DNA of 64,000 bases from Candidatus Chewarchaeum aethiopicum. Its GTDB lineage: Archaea > Halobacteriota > Halobacteria > Halobacteriales > Hikarchaeaceae. Made by a program: the position numbers and the translations under genes. The stretch is from positions 51,230 through 115,229 of the forward strand of contig JAXINS010000021.1 in assembly GCA_034190395.1 (NCBI GenBank). The letters run 5' to 3'. The notes beneath the pieces are model-generated. The model had not been told where the DNA came from. It saw nothing but the letters and a program-made list of their open reading frames with translations, and ran no database searches. This document shows positions 1 to 9,180 of this stretch, in pieces. Positions within the stretch are counted from its first letter, which is position 1; each line of letters starts with the position of its first letter.

Positions 1-1
1 T

Positions 2-1480
2 GGCGGCACCTCCCGGTTCAGTCGGGCGATCGAAGCCGCAAAGGGAACGGTCACCAGCCGAACCTCCCTGATCGTCTCGGCGGATCCGGTTCGGATCCGA
101 CTTCGTCGGGCCCCCAAGGTGGCGGCGACTCGGCAGCTTGATCAGCTGCAGGTCACGGGCACCGAGGGGAACCTCAATACTGCGATCGCCCGCGCGACGG
201 CGATCGCTGGCGAGGACGCACGAATCGTCGTATTGAGTGACTTCGCGGATGACAGCGATTGGCAGACGGCCGTTCGATCGGCTCGCGCTCGCGGGTATGA
301 CGTGAGCCTCAAACAGTTCGCTGGCGGGGGCGGCGACAACGTCGGGATCGTTGGGTATTCCCTTTCGAGTGGCGCCGTCGACGTTCGGGTGCAGAATTTC
401 GGGACAGACACCGTCTCGCGGCAACTTACACTCGGCGATCAGGCCACACGCATCTCGCTTCAGCCTGGCGATATCGCCACCCACCGGTTTACTATTCCGG
501 GTGGGGGCGGGGTGGTCCGACTCGCTCCCGGTGACTCCTTTGGCATGGACGACCGCCTTCCGATCGCAGCCCCACAACAGCCTACCGTCCGGGTATTAGT
601 CGTTTCGAACGACCGCAACCGGAACCTCGAAACCGCGTTGTCGGTGATCGATCAGGTCGAGTTGACGGTCAAATCACCACCTGCCTCGATCTCCGGGCAG
701 TACGATGTCGTGGTCTTCAGCGGGGTTCGTCCCGACCGACTGCTTTCGGGGACCATCCGGGTCGCTCGGGAGACACTTGCTCGTGGCGGTGGGGTAGTCA
801 TCCAGGCTCAACCACGCGGGGAACTTCGGCGGTTGAATTACGGCGATCTGTTGTTGGTCGATCCTGTGGGGATGGGCGATACGCCGGCGCTTACTGACCC
901 CCGCGAGCACCCACTGACGGCCGATATCGCGTTTCCGACTCCGCGCCGCCATGTCACCGGTCGTCTCAAGACCGGTCAGACGTTGCTCCGGACGGCCAAC
1001 GGAACGCCCCTCGTTGCGATCGGTGAGCGACGCGGTGGCCGCCTGCTCTATTATGGCTATCTCCAGAACACCTCCGCGTTCCAGTACAACTACCGATATC
1101 CGGTGTTTTGGAAGCGTGCGATCTTCTATCTCACCGACCGACCCTCGGTGGCCCGACTCAACCGGCCGACGGGCTCTCGTCTGCAGTTCCCGACAACGAC
1201 TGTCGTCCAGACACCGGCCGGTCAGCAGGAAGGCACGTCGATATTCCTCGACCATGTCGGCTTCTACAACGCCGGGGAGCGTCGATACGGTGCCGGCCTT
1301 GTGAGCCGCGAGGAATCCGCCGTCGATGTCGACCGGATCGACGGCTCGGGAATCGGGGGCGTGACAGGCCGGATCGAACAACAGCAAGTCCCTCGAGAGC
1401 TGACGCATTTCGTGATCGTCGGTGTGCTCGCGGTATTGCTATCGGAACTACTCTTTCTCCGACGCCGGGGTGATCTCTGA
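2..1480 (+). CDS. VWA-domain membrane-anchored protein (BatA/BatB-like), 5' end outside window
   Basis: Frame 2 is open from the window edge through the GTG at 119, so track ORF 119..1480 is a truncated view. The N-terminal residues (..TSLIVSADP.., ..ARIVVLSDFADDSDW..) read like the distal strands of a VWA fold. A single C-terminal TM helix is followed by LRRRGDL. The stop overlaps the next start (TGATG at 1478-1482). Confidence 0.7.
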   Translation, partial: GGTSRFSRAIEAAKGTVTSRTSLIVSADPVRIRLRRAPKVAATRQLDQLQVTGTEGNLNTAIARATAIAGEDARIVVLSDFADDSDWQTAVRSARARGYDVSLKQFAGGGGDNVGIVGYSLSSGAVDVRVQNFGTDTVSRQLTLGDQATRISLQPGDIATHRFTIPGGGGVVRLAPGDSFGMDDRLPIAAPQQPTVRVLVVSNDRNRNLETALSVIDQVELTVKSPPASISGQYDVVVFSGVRPDRLLSGTIRVARETLARGGGVVIQAQPRGELRRLNYGDLLLVDPVGMGDTPALTDPREHPLTADIAFPTPRRHVTGRLKTGQTLLRTANGTPLVAIGERRGGRLLYYGYLQNTSAFQYNYRYPVFWKRAIFYLTDRPSVARLNRPTGSRLQFPTTTVVQTPAGQQEGTSIFLDHVGFYNAGERRYGAGLVSREESAVDVDRIDGSGIGGVTGRIEQQQVPRELTHFVIVGVLAVLLSELLFLRRRGDL

Positions 1481-3885
1481 TGCAGGGTACCATCGCCGCG
1501 GCCGACGTGCTCGTCGGTATCGGTGGTCTCCCCGAGATTAGCGGATTGTTCGGGGCAAGCGATGCCGGCTTCGAACGACCGCTTGCTCTCCTCGGCATCC
1601 CGATCGGTATCGTGATCCTCTGGGCTCTGATCTTTCGTCGTACCGCCCCGAGTACGACCGGACAGCGTCCCCGGCTCGGGCTGTTTGGCTCCCGGTTGTT
1701 GATCGCGACCTGTTTGATCGTTGCTGCCGCGGGCCCGTATACCGTGACGACACAGGCGACGACCGGCGACCCCCGAGTCACGCTGTTAGTCGATCAGTCC
1801 GCGAGCATGGCCGTCACCGAGTCGGTTGCCGAAGACCTCGAAACCGGGATCGAACGCGAGGGGGTCACCGTCTCCCGGTCGGTGATCGCCCAGGGCAACA
1901 CCTCCCGGATCGGGGACGGCGTCATTGCGAATCTCGAGGCGGGCGGGAGTCTGGTAGTCGTTTCCGACGGGCAGGTAACCGACGGCGAGCAGCTCTCGGC
2001 GGCAACCGAGCTCGCCCGATCGCTCAACGCCACGGTCAACGCGGTCCGGCTCGATGTCTCCGACCCCGAACACTGGATCACTATCGATGGGCCGGGCAAG
2101 ACAAGCGTCGATGTCACCACCCGGTTTTTCGTGACCGTTGGGGGCGTCAACGAGTTGCCCGGCGGTACCCAGATCGTCGTCCGGGTCGATGGCGAACCGG
2201 TCACGACCGCCCCGGTGCCGGATGCCGGTACGCTACGCGTAACACATAATTTCTCTACAACGGGAACTCACCGAATCACAGCCCAACTCCGAACTGACGA
2301 TCGATACCTCCAGAACAACGTCTTCCGACGAACCGTTCGGGTCGTCGATCAGCCACGGATCCTCTATGTCAGCCGTGGGGAGTATCCACTGCGGACCTAT
2401 CTCGGACAACTCTACGATGTGACGACCGCCGATCGCATTCCGGACGATCTCTCGGCGTACTACGCGGTTGTCATCCAGAACGTCGCGGCGCCGGCGCTTG
2501 GTAATGTCAGTGCGCTCCAACGTTTCGTTATCGACGGCAACGGGCTGGTCGTGGCCGGTGGGGAGCGTGCTTACGAACAGGGCTCGTATTCGAACTCGCC
2601 GATCGCGTCGATGTTGCCGGTCCGGTTAGGCCAGTCAACGGGGGAGCGTTCCCGGATCGTGCTCGCGATCGACGTCTCGGGGAGTACTGAGGGCGGGATG
2701 CGAGTCCAGAAGGCGCTGGCCTTGGACGTGTTGTCCCAACTTGGGGACCGCAACGTCGTCGGCATCGTCGCGTTCAACAACAACGCCCATCTGATCGCCG
2801 AACCCGTGACCCTCGAAGAGGGGCGGGCCGATCTCAAGACGAAGATCAAGCGACTCCGGAGCCGCGGAAAGACGAACATCGCCCGCGGGCTTCAAGGTGC
2901 GGGCCAGTTGCTCGGTGAGCAGGGCGGGACGGTCATCCTTCTCAGTGACGGCAACGACAAACCAGGTCCGGCCGCTGCGGTCGCACGCAACCTCGGGGAT
3001 CGTGAGAGCCGCGTGATCAGCATCGGCGTCGGTCAACAAATCAAAGCGTCGTTGCTCCGGACGATCGCCGCCGAGTCGGGGGGAACCTATTTCCGAGCCG
3101 ACGAAACCAACCGGCTTCGATTGCTCTTTGGCGGAACCCAAAAACAGTTCCAGGGCAAGGGGCTGACGATCGTTAACGGCAATCACTTCATCACCTCAGG
3201 CGTTCGCCTCCAGACCGGGCTCGCCCAAGCCAACGAAGTATCGGTCAGGGCCGGAGCGGATTACTTGGTTGCAACCGGGTTTGGCGCTCCGGCGATGGCG
3301 GCCTGGCGGTTCGGGCTCGGTCGGGTGGTCGCGATTACTGCCTACGGTGCCAACAGCCGGCTTGATGGCCTTCTCACGCGACCGGATTCGTTGGTGGTCT
3401 CGAAGTCGGTCAACTGGGCGATCGGCGATCCACAGCGCAAGGCCGGTGGCGTGGTCGAACTCGAGGATACCCGGGTCGGCCAACAGACCCGGCTGGTGTA
3501 CGTCGGCGCCGACCGGCCGACGATCGCCGATGGCTCAGTCTCGAAGGTCGGCGATCGACGGTACGAGGCGATCCTCACCCCCTCGAGGCGTGGATTTCAC
3601 TCGGTGCTTGAGACGGACTATGCCGCCAACTACCGGCGTGAGTACGCCGCCTTTGGACTGTCCCCGTCGCTTGTGGATACCGTGTCGGCGACCGGCGGCA
3701 CCGTGTTCGAACCGACGGATACGGCCGCGATTGCCCAGGCCGTCACACGACAGTCGACGCACGTCCGCGAGACTCGCCAGGAGTGGGACTGGTTGTTGGT
3801 ACTCATCGCCTTGATCGCGTTCCTCGCGGAGGTTACGGTCCGTCGACTCCAGCGATACCGCGGCACGGGCCGGGCAACACTCTGA
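1480..3885 (+). CDS. large VWA-domain protein with N- and C-terminal TM anchors
   Basis: 801 aa with N-terminal TM helices. The internal VWA domain has MIDAS-type DVSGSTEG .. GKTNIARGL .. VILLSDGND. A C-terminal TM helix is followed by RRLQRYR. The start overlaps the upstream stop by 1 nt. Confidence 0.8.
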   Translation: MQGTIAAADVLVGIGGLPEISGLFGASDAGFERPLALLGIPIGIVILWALIFRRTAPSTTGQRPRLGLFGSRLLIATCLIVAAAGPYTVTTQATTGDPRVTLLVDQSASMAVTESVAEDLETGIEREGVTVSRSVIAQGNTSRIGDGVIANLEAGGSLVVVSDGQVTDGEQLSAATELARSLNATVNAVRLDVSDPEHWITIDGPGKTSVDVTTRFFVTVGGVNELPGGTQIVVRVDGEPVTTAPVPDAGTLRVTHNFSTTGTHRITAQLRTDDRYLQNNVFRRTVRVVDQPRILYVSRGEYPLRTYLGQLYDVTTADRIPDDLSAYYAVVIQNVAAPALGNVSALQRFVIDGNGLVVAGGERAYEQGSYSNSPIASMLPVRLGQSTGERSRIVLAIDVSGSTEGGMRVQKALALDVLSQLGDRNVVGIVAFNNNAHLIAEPVTLEEGRADLKTKIKRLRSRGKTNIARGLQGAGQLLGEQGGTVILLSDGNDKPGPAAAVARNLGDRESRVISIGVGQQIKASLLRTIAAESGGTYFRADETNRLRLLFGGTQKQFQGKGLTIVNGNHFITSGVRLQTGLAQANEVSVRAGADYLVATGFGAPAMAAWRFGLGRVVAITAYGANSRLDGLLTRPDSLVVSKSVNWAIGDPQRKAGGVVELEDTRVGQQTRLVYVGADRPTIADGSVSKVGDRRYEAILTPSRRGFHSVLETDYAANYRREYAAFGLSPSLVDTVSATGGTVFEPTDTAAIAQAVTRQSTHVRETRQEWDWLLVLIALIAFLAEVTVRRLQRYRGTGRATL

Positions 3886-3891
3886 TAAACC

Positions 3892-4545
3892 ATGGCATAC
3901 ATCGGCAAATCGATTAACCTCGCGCTCACGCTGTTGATCGGTCTCTCAGTCGTCGGGATGGGCGGTGCGACCGTCTATTACCAACAGTCCGTCGAGGAAC
4001 TCCGCACCCAGAACCAACAGCTCCGGGAGTCAAACGCCCAGCTGCGATCACAACTCAACGACCGCATCAAGGAGCTTCGACGGACCAAACAGCGACTCCG
4101 GGCGCTTAACCAGAGTCTCCGAACACGGCTCTCGGATATCCAGCAAGTGTCAACGAAGCTCCGTCGGACCGAGACCCGCCTCAATCGGACGCAGGCCCAA
4201 CTCGAGGAAACCGAACAGCAACTCGCTCGGACCCGCCAACAGCTCTCGTCGGTCCGGGAACGGGCCGCACAGCTCGAAGACGAGAACGAACAGCTCCAAC
4301 GTCGAACGAACGCGCTTGAAAATCAGGTCCAGCAGCTCCGTGACCGCCGCGACGAGCTCGAAGAACGCCAAACCGAACTCGAGGATCGACTCGAACGGTT
4401 TGCCGACGAAATCGACTCGCTCGAACAGGAAAACGATAATCTCCGTGATCGGATCGACGACCTCCGTGCGGAAAACCAGCAACTCCAGGACCGGATCGAC
4501 GAACTCGAGGCCAAACTCAACGACCAGGGTGATAGTAATGGCTGA
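3892..4545 (+). CDS. membrane-anchored coiled-coil protein
   Basis: 217 aa. An N-terminal TM helix (LALTLLIGLSVVGMGGATVYY) is followed by ~190 aa of Q/R/E/L-rich heptad-like sequence. It lies 6 nt after the upstream stop. Confidence 0.7.
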   Translation: MAYIGKSINLALTLLIGLSVVGMGGATVYYQQSVEELRTQNQQLRESNAQLRSQLNDRIKELRRTKQRLRALNQSLRTRLSDIQQVSTKLRRTETRLNRTQAQLEETEQQLARTRQQLSSVRERAAQLEDENEQLQRRTNALENQVQQLRDRRDELEERQTELEDRLERFADEIDSLEQENDNLRDRIDDLRAENQQLQDRIDELEAKLNDQGDSNG

Positions 4546-5476
4546 TAACACCGACACGCAGTCGGCCGATCCGACGGCTCAGGGAGCCACCGACCACCAG
4601 GCCGAGATCCGGACAGCCATCGCCGAAATCCGACGCGAGGGTCGAAAGGCGGCCTTCATTCATGCGATCGTCGACGCGGTAGCAGCCGTAATGATCCTGA
4701 ATCTGGCGCTCTCGATGCTCGGGCCGGCGGTTCTCGATCGGACGGTTGGCCCGCCAATAACGGTCAACCGGCTGATCGCGATCCATCTCGGAACACAAGG
4801 CGTGATTCCGCCGGTTCGCTATGGGACGCTGCTCGCGATCGCGACCGGCCCGTTCGTTTTCATCGCGGAATTTCTGTGGCTCCTTCGCCGGCCGTTGGTC
4901 GAACGGTTCGAAGCGGCCAACCCGTCGGTCCAGGAGGCGCTTCGGACCGCCCGGGACACGGTCCAGCGGGACGCCGATGGCCCGATCGCTCGGGCCCTCT
5001 ACGCCGACGTCATCGATCGACTCCAGACGACGTCGAGCATCGGACTGTTGAACGTCGCTCGGATCATGATCGCGCTGGGGCTGATCCTCGGTGCTGGTCT
5101 GGCTGCCGTCCAGGTGTCGGTCGTTGGTTTCGAGGTCGAACTCGCCACGACGGACGAATCGGATGGCGCAGGGCCGACCGTCGAAACCACTCACACGCCG
5201 GATCCCGACGAGTTACAATCGGGTGAATCGGTACTCGGCGAGCCGACCGACGTGACTGCGGGGTCGGAGAACCTCTCGGCCGAAGTTGCGGCAAGCGCCG
5301 GCGGTCGCGGCACCGAACAACGACCGTACGGTTCCGGGGGGACGACCGACAGCGACAGTGCGGTCGATTCACAGCGAGCGGGGTACGCTCGCCCCGAGGA
5401 AGTCGAGGACGCAGAGCTGATCCGGGAATACGCACGACGTATTGCGTCCCAACAGGAGGAAACCAACAATGAGTGA
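4538..5476 (+). CDS. polytopic membrane protein with acidic C-terminal tail, unknown family
   Basis: Starts at the internal ATG of track ORF 3965..5476; the first 191 codons of that ORF are just the alternate frame of the coiled-coil gene. 312 aa (MADNTDTQ..) with several hydrophobic helices and a D/E/S/T-rich tail. It overlaps the upstream stop by 8 nt. Confidence 0.65.
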   Translation: MADNTDTQSADPTAQGATDHQAEIRTAIAEIRREGRKAAFIHAIVDAVAAVMILNLALSMLGPAVLDRTVGPPITVNRLIAIHLGTQGVIPPVRYGTLLAIATGPFVFIAEFLWLLRRPLVERFEAANPSVQEALRTARDTVQRDADGPIARALYADVIDRLQTTSSIGLLNVARIMIALGLILGAGLAAVQVSVVGFEVELATTDESDGAGPTVETTHTPDPDELQSGESVLGEPTDVTAGSENLSAEVAASAGGRGTEQRPYGSGGTTDSDSAVDSQRAGYARPEEVEDAELIREYARRIASQQEETNNE

Positions 5477-6434
5477 CAACGATTCCGACCCAGGTGCCCA
5501 GTTGACATCGATCGACGACGTCGTCCAGCGGATCGATCGCGTTCGCGATCAGATCCGTCGCCGGATGGTGGGCCAGGAGGACGTCATCGACCAACTGCTC
5601 GCCTGTGTCATCTGTGATGGTAACGCGTTGCTCGAAAGCACCCCGGGACTCGGGAAGACGATGCTGATCCGGACGATCGCCGCCGTGACGGACCTCTCCT
5701 TTTCGCGGATCCAGAATACGCCCGACTTGATGCCCTCAGATATTATCGGGACGGAGATCATCCGGGAGACCAACCGTGGCCGGGAGTTCGAGTTCCAACG
5801 CGGTCCGGTGTTCGCGAACATCGTCCTCGCCGATGAGATCAACCGGGCGACCCCGAAAACCCAGTCGGCACTTCTCGAAGCAATGGAGGAACAGCAGGTC
5901 ACTGCCGGCGGGGAGACATATGCCCTCCCCAGCCCGTTTTTCCTCCTGGCGACACAGAACCCGATCGATCAGGAAGGGACCTATGCCTTGCCGGAGGCCC
6001 AGGCCGACCGGTTCATGATGAAGATCCGGGTGGAGTATCCATCCGCCGAGGAGGAACGCGAGATCGTTGACCGGTATACCCAGGAGGTCGATCGACAGAT
6101 CGCGGTCGATCGCGTGCTTGATGCCGATTCACTCCGACGGATCCAAGAACTCACCCACCAGGTCCCGATCGCCGACGACCTGCGTGACCGGGCGGTCGAC
6201 ATCGTCCAGCGCACGCGCCGGTCCGACGCCATCGAGTACGGCGCCAGCCCCCGGGCGAGCATGTCGCTGGTCCGGGCGGCGAAGGCCCGGGCCCTGCTGG
6301 CCGGACGGCCCCACGTCAGCAGCGAGGATCTCGATGCGATGGCGTTGCCGGTCCTACGCCACCGGATCATCATCGACTTCCGAGCCGAACGGGAGGGCCT
6401 GACCGAGGACGACGTTATCCGTGACCTCCTCTGA
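5469..6434 (+). CDS. moxR: MoxR-family AAA+ ATPase
   Basis: Walker A TPGLGKT; Walker B and sensor region IVLADEINRATPKTQSALLEAMEE; MoxR-type lid ..GASPRASMSLVRAAKARALLAGR... I chose the ATG at 5469 (8-nt overlap with the upstream stop) over the track start at 5442. Confidence 0.9.
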   Translation: MSDNDSDPGAQLTSIDDVVQRIDRVRDQIRRRMVGQEDVIDQLLACVICDGNALLESTPGLGKTMLIRTIAAVTDLSFSRIQNTPDLMPSDIIGTEIIRETNRGREFEFQRGPVFANIVLADEINRATPKTQSALLEAMEEQQVTAGGETYALPSPFFLLATQNPIDQEGTYALPEAQADRFMMKIRVEYPSAEEEREIVDRYTQEVDRQIAVDRVLDADSLRRIQELTHQVPIADDLRDRAVDIVQRTRRSDAIEYGASPRASMSLVRAAKARALLAGRPHVSSEDLDAMALPVLRHRIIIDFRAEREGLTEDDVIRDLL

Positions 6435-6436
6435 AT

Positions 6437-7297
6437 ATGACGATCACTACCCAGTTTCTGACCGCGCTCGATCGGTTCACTACCTCACAGAAACGTCAGG
6501 TAAGCTCGATCTTTCAGGGTGAACAGAGCTCCGAGACGGTCGGTGAGGGGCTCATCTTCTCGGATTACCGTCGGTACACACCGGGCGATGAGCCCCGGCT
6601 GATCGACTGGAAACTCTATGCTCGTACCGAGGAACTGTATATCAAACAGTTCGAAGAGGAGCGCAACCTCACCGTCCACGTTCTCGTCGACGCCAGCGGT
6701 TCGATGGATTTCGGGGACGAGGACACCAACAAGTTCGAGTACGCGGCGAAACTCGGACTTGGCTTTGCCTATCTCACCGCCAGCGAGCACAACGACTTCC
6801 GGTTTACCGTCTTCGACGATACCCCCGAGCGGCTCGATAGCGGCCGGTCGAACCGCGGGGAGATCCTGGGGTTGATCGATCGGTGTAATGCGATCGATCC
6901 CGCCGGCGGTGCCAACTTTGCGGACGTCCTCACCGAGTACGCCGGAACGATCGACTCCCGTTCGTTGCTTTTGATCGTGAGCGATTTCCTCGAAGACGTC
7001 TCGGCGATCCGGACCGGCGTCGAATCCCTCGTTGACAACCAGCTTATCCTCGCCCACGTTCTCGCCCCCGAAGAACGGGACCTCCCGGCCGATGGGGATA
7101 CCGTGTTTCGGGATCTCGAAACGGATCGGACCGAACGGACGTATTTCGGCCGGCGACTGGCCGAATCCTATCGTGATCGGCTGTTGGATCACGTCGACTC
7201 GATCGAGGAACTGGCCGACGAACTCCGGATCCGACACGAAGCGATCGATACCGGCGCGCCGTTTTTCGAATCGTTTGCCGATGTCTGGATCGAATGA
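6437..7297 (+). CDS. DUF58 domain protein (VWA-like MoxR partner)
   Basis: ..FSDYRRYTPGDEPRLIDWKLYARTEELYIKQFEEE.. is followed by VDASGSMDFG, the classic DUF58 layout. The start is 2 nt after the moxR stop. Confidence 0.85.
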   Translation: MTITTQFLTALDRFTTSQKRQVSSIFQGEQSSETVGEGLIFSDYRRYTPGDEPRLIDWKLYARTEELYIKQFEEERNLTVHVLVDASGSMDFGDEDTNKFEYAAKLGLGFAYLTASEHNDFRFTVFDDTPERLDSGRSNRGEILGLIDRCNAIDPAGGANFADVLTEYAGTIDSRSLLLIVSDFLEDVSAIRTGVESLVDNQLILAHVLAPEERDLPADGDTVFRDLETDRTERTYFGRRLAESYRDRLLDHVDSIEELADELRIRHEAIDTGAPFFESFADVWIE

Positions 7298-7510
7298 CGG
7301 CCGGATCCGATCGGGATTCGATGCTCACGATCCGTGGCGTGTGGACGGATCGCAAACTCGAGTCGTTATTTCACTCCACAGAAGGGGTTTATCAGTTCCC
7401 CCGCTACTGTCGATCGTAGTCCCGGATTGCCGCCCTGTCACCCTTCGGCCCTCCACATCATCGCGTTGTCGACTCGGCGATCCGGGGTAGCTACAGGTAC
7501 GCACAGACGT

Positions 7511-8794
7511 ATGCAACTTCGCGCATATCTGGCTGTGTTGCTGGTGGTCGGCATGGTGGTGCCGGCCGCTGGGGCACAGATGGTTCCCGCGACGGATCGA
7601 GCGACAACTGATACACTATCGGCTGTCACTCCGACCGCCTCGCCCACCTCGATGCAGGCGGCTGAGGAGGACTCGACCTCCAACTACACATCCCTGTATG
7701 TCGAGGAGGATTATCATCACCTCGAACTCAAACCGGGCGAGGCGTTCAGCTTCGAGGCCACCGTCGAGAACGGCGAAGACGAGACGGTGACGCTCACCCC
7801 GCACGTGTTCGTCCCGGAGATCGGCGACCGACCGATCAAATCCGACTGGGTCACCATCGAGGGTGACACGACCCTCGATCCCGATGAGGAGACGACGTTC
7901 TCGATCACGGTGTCGGTGCCGAAAGACGCCGAACTCGGTCGCTACCGCGGTTGGGTCTCCTTTACCAACGAGACGATCTCCTATCCCGGCCGCCCGCCCC
8001 GGCCGGTGCACGCGGCATCGTTCAGCGTCGAAGTCTGGAAGGAACCGACGGTGACTATCGAGACTGAGCGACACATCCATCGCCAGGTCAAGGCCGGTGA
8101 GACGTTCACCCGGACGATCGAGATCAAAAACAGCGGTGATCAGTCGGTGCCGGTTAGCCCCGAGTTGAACATCGAGCGCGGTCACCGCCGCGCCCGTGAG
8201 GATTCGATCAAACGCGAGTGGATCGATATCGAGGCACCGACCGAGATCGCCCCCGGCGAAACCGGCACTGTCGAAATCAGTGTCTCGATTCCCGAGTCGG
8301 CCGATCGCGGCGACTACGACACCGAAATCGATCTCGGACTCAAAGACCCAGCCCGTCCGGATCGTGACTCCTACTGGCAGCAGCTCCATTTGCACTTCCA
8401 GGTGTGGAAACAGCCCGAAGACCCCTACACGACGTCGTTTGCCGTCGGTGAGGACGTCGAGACCGTCACGCTGACGCTTGAGACCCACACACGGCGCTAC
8501 ACTGAACAGGCTACTGTTGCCCCACCGAGTTTCGATGTGACCTTCGTCGGGCCAAACGGCACCGAAATCGACGCCAAGCGTGTCCAACGCTCGGATCACG
8601 GCTATGTCGATCTCGGTGGTGACGACGACCGTCGAAACGCCGAGGACGACTCCGCCTACGCCGTCCGCGGCGGTCGGACGACGTTCACCTACCGAATCGA
8701 GGAGCCTGCCGCCGGCGACTGGACTGCGGCGATCATGCCCCACAACACGGTTGAATTCAGCTACGAGATCGTTCGCGAAACGACCGACGATTGA
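7511..8794 (+). CDS. secreted acidic protein with two beta-sandwich (CARDB/NEW3-like) repeats
   Basis: The ATG at 7511 gives a signal-like N-terminus, MQLRAYLAVLLVVGMVVPAAGA; the track ORF starts 59 codons earlier in basic, atypical sequence. Two similar units are present (..GEAFSFEATVENGEDETVTLTP.. and ..GETFTRTIEIKNSGDQSVPVSP..). The domain family is a guess. Confidence 0.6.
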   Translation: MQLRAYLAVLLVVGMVVPAAGAQMVPATDRATTDTLSAVTPTASPTSMQAAEEDSTSNYTSLYVEEDYHHLELKPGEAFSFEATVENGEDETVTLTPHVFVPEIGDRPIKSDWVTIEGDTTLDPDEETTFSITVSVPKDAELGRYRGWVSFTNETISYPGRPPRPVHAASFSVEVWKEPTVTIETERHIHRQVKAGETFTRTIEIKNSGDQSVPVSPELNIERGHRRAREDSIKREWIDIEAPTEIAPGETGTVEISVSIPESADRGDYDTEIDLGLKDPARPDRDSYWQQLHLHFQVWKQPEDPYTTSFAVGEDVETVTLTLETHTRRYTEQATVAPPSFDVTFVGPNGTEIDAKRVQRSDHGYVDLGGDDDRRNAEDDSAYAVRGGRTTFTYRIEEPAAGDWTAAIMPHNTVEFSYEIVRETTDD

Positions 8795-8942
8795 TCGATC
8801 CATCCCGATCGAGGATTGAGTGGCGGTTGCTCGGTGTCGATCGGACGTGGCGATATCGTCGAACGCTCACTACCTGAATAAGACCACGCTCGAATCAGCG
8901 ATCGCCGTCGATTTCGGCGGCCCGGTTTCGCGCTACCCCGAG

Positions 8943-9110
8943 CTACAGCTCTTCCCACTCGGTCCCACAGTCCGGACAGACCCGGACCGTCCCGACGCTG
9001 TCCGCCTCGTTGTCGCGTTCGAGCTCGGCCTCACACATCGCACACTGGAGGCGATTGAAGGTATCCCGCCGCAGCTCGTCCTTGCGGAGCCCTTGTTGTA
9101 CGGAGTCCAT
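8943..9110 (-). CDS. small zinc-ribbon protein (55 aa)
   Basis: These are the last 55 codons of track ORF 8943..9431; the rest of that ORF is antisense to sucD. The sequence MDSVQQGLRKDELRRDTFNRLQCAMCEAEL..VRVCPDCGTEWEEL carries two CxxC pairs and has acidic composition. Confidence 0.55.
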   Translation of the reverse strand: MDSVQQGLRKDELRRDTFNRLQCAMCEAELERDNEADSVGTVRVCPDCGTEWEEL

Positions 9111-9180
9111 TATTCGCTTCTCGGGGAGGAACCCAATAAAAACACTCGGAACTCCATACGGCGTGCTGGTGATCCGTCGA

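Noticed and set aside
3965-4537. The N-terminal 191 codons of the 503-aa ORF 3965..5476.
   Set aside because: This is an alternate frame of the coiled-coil gene. It is S/R/T/N-rich low-complexity sequence. The real gene starts at the ATG at 4538, which overlaps the upstream stop.
7616-8803. Long antisense ORFs across the window, including 674..1408, 7616..8803, 15988..16926, 17685..18521, 18546..19454, 21675..23054, 37972..39147, 40996..41799 and 55966..56796.
   Set aside because: Each lies opposite a gene with clear family motifs. All are Arg/Gly/Pro-rich and basic, unlike the acidic proteome. This is the expected stop-codon depletion in GC-rich DNA.
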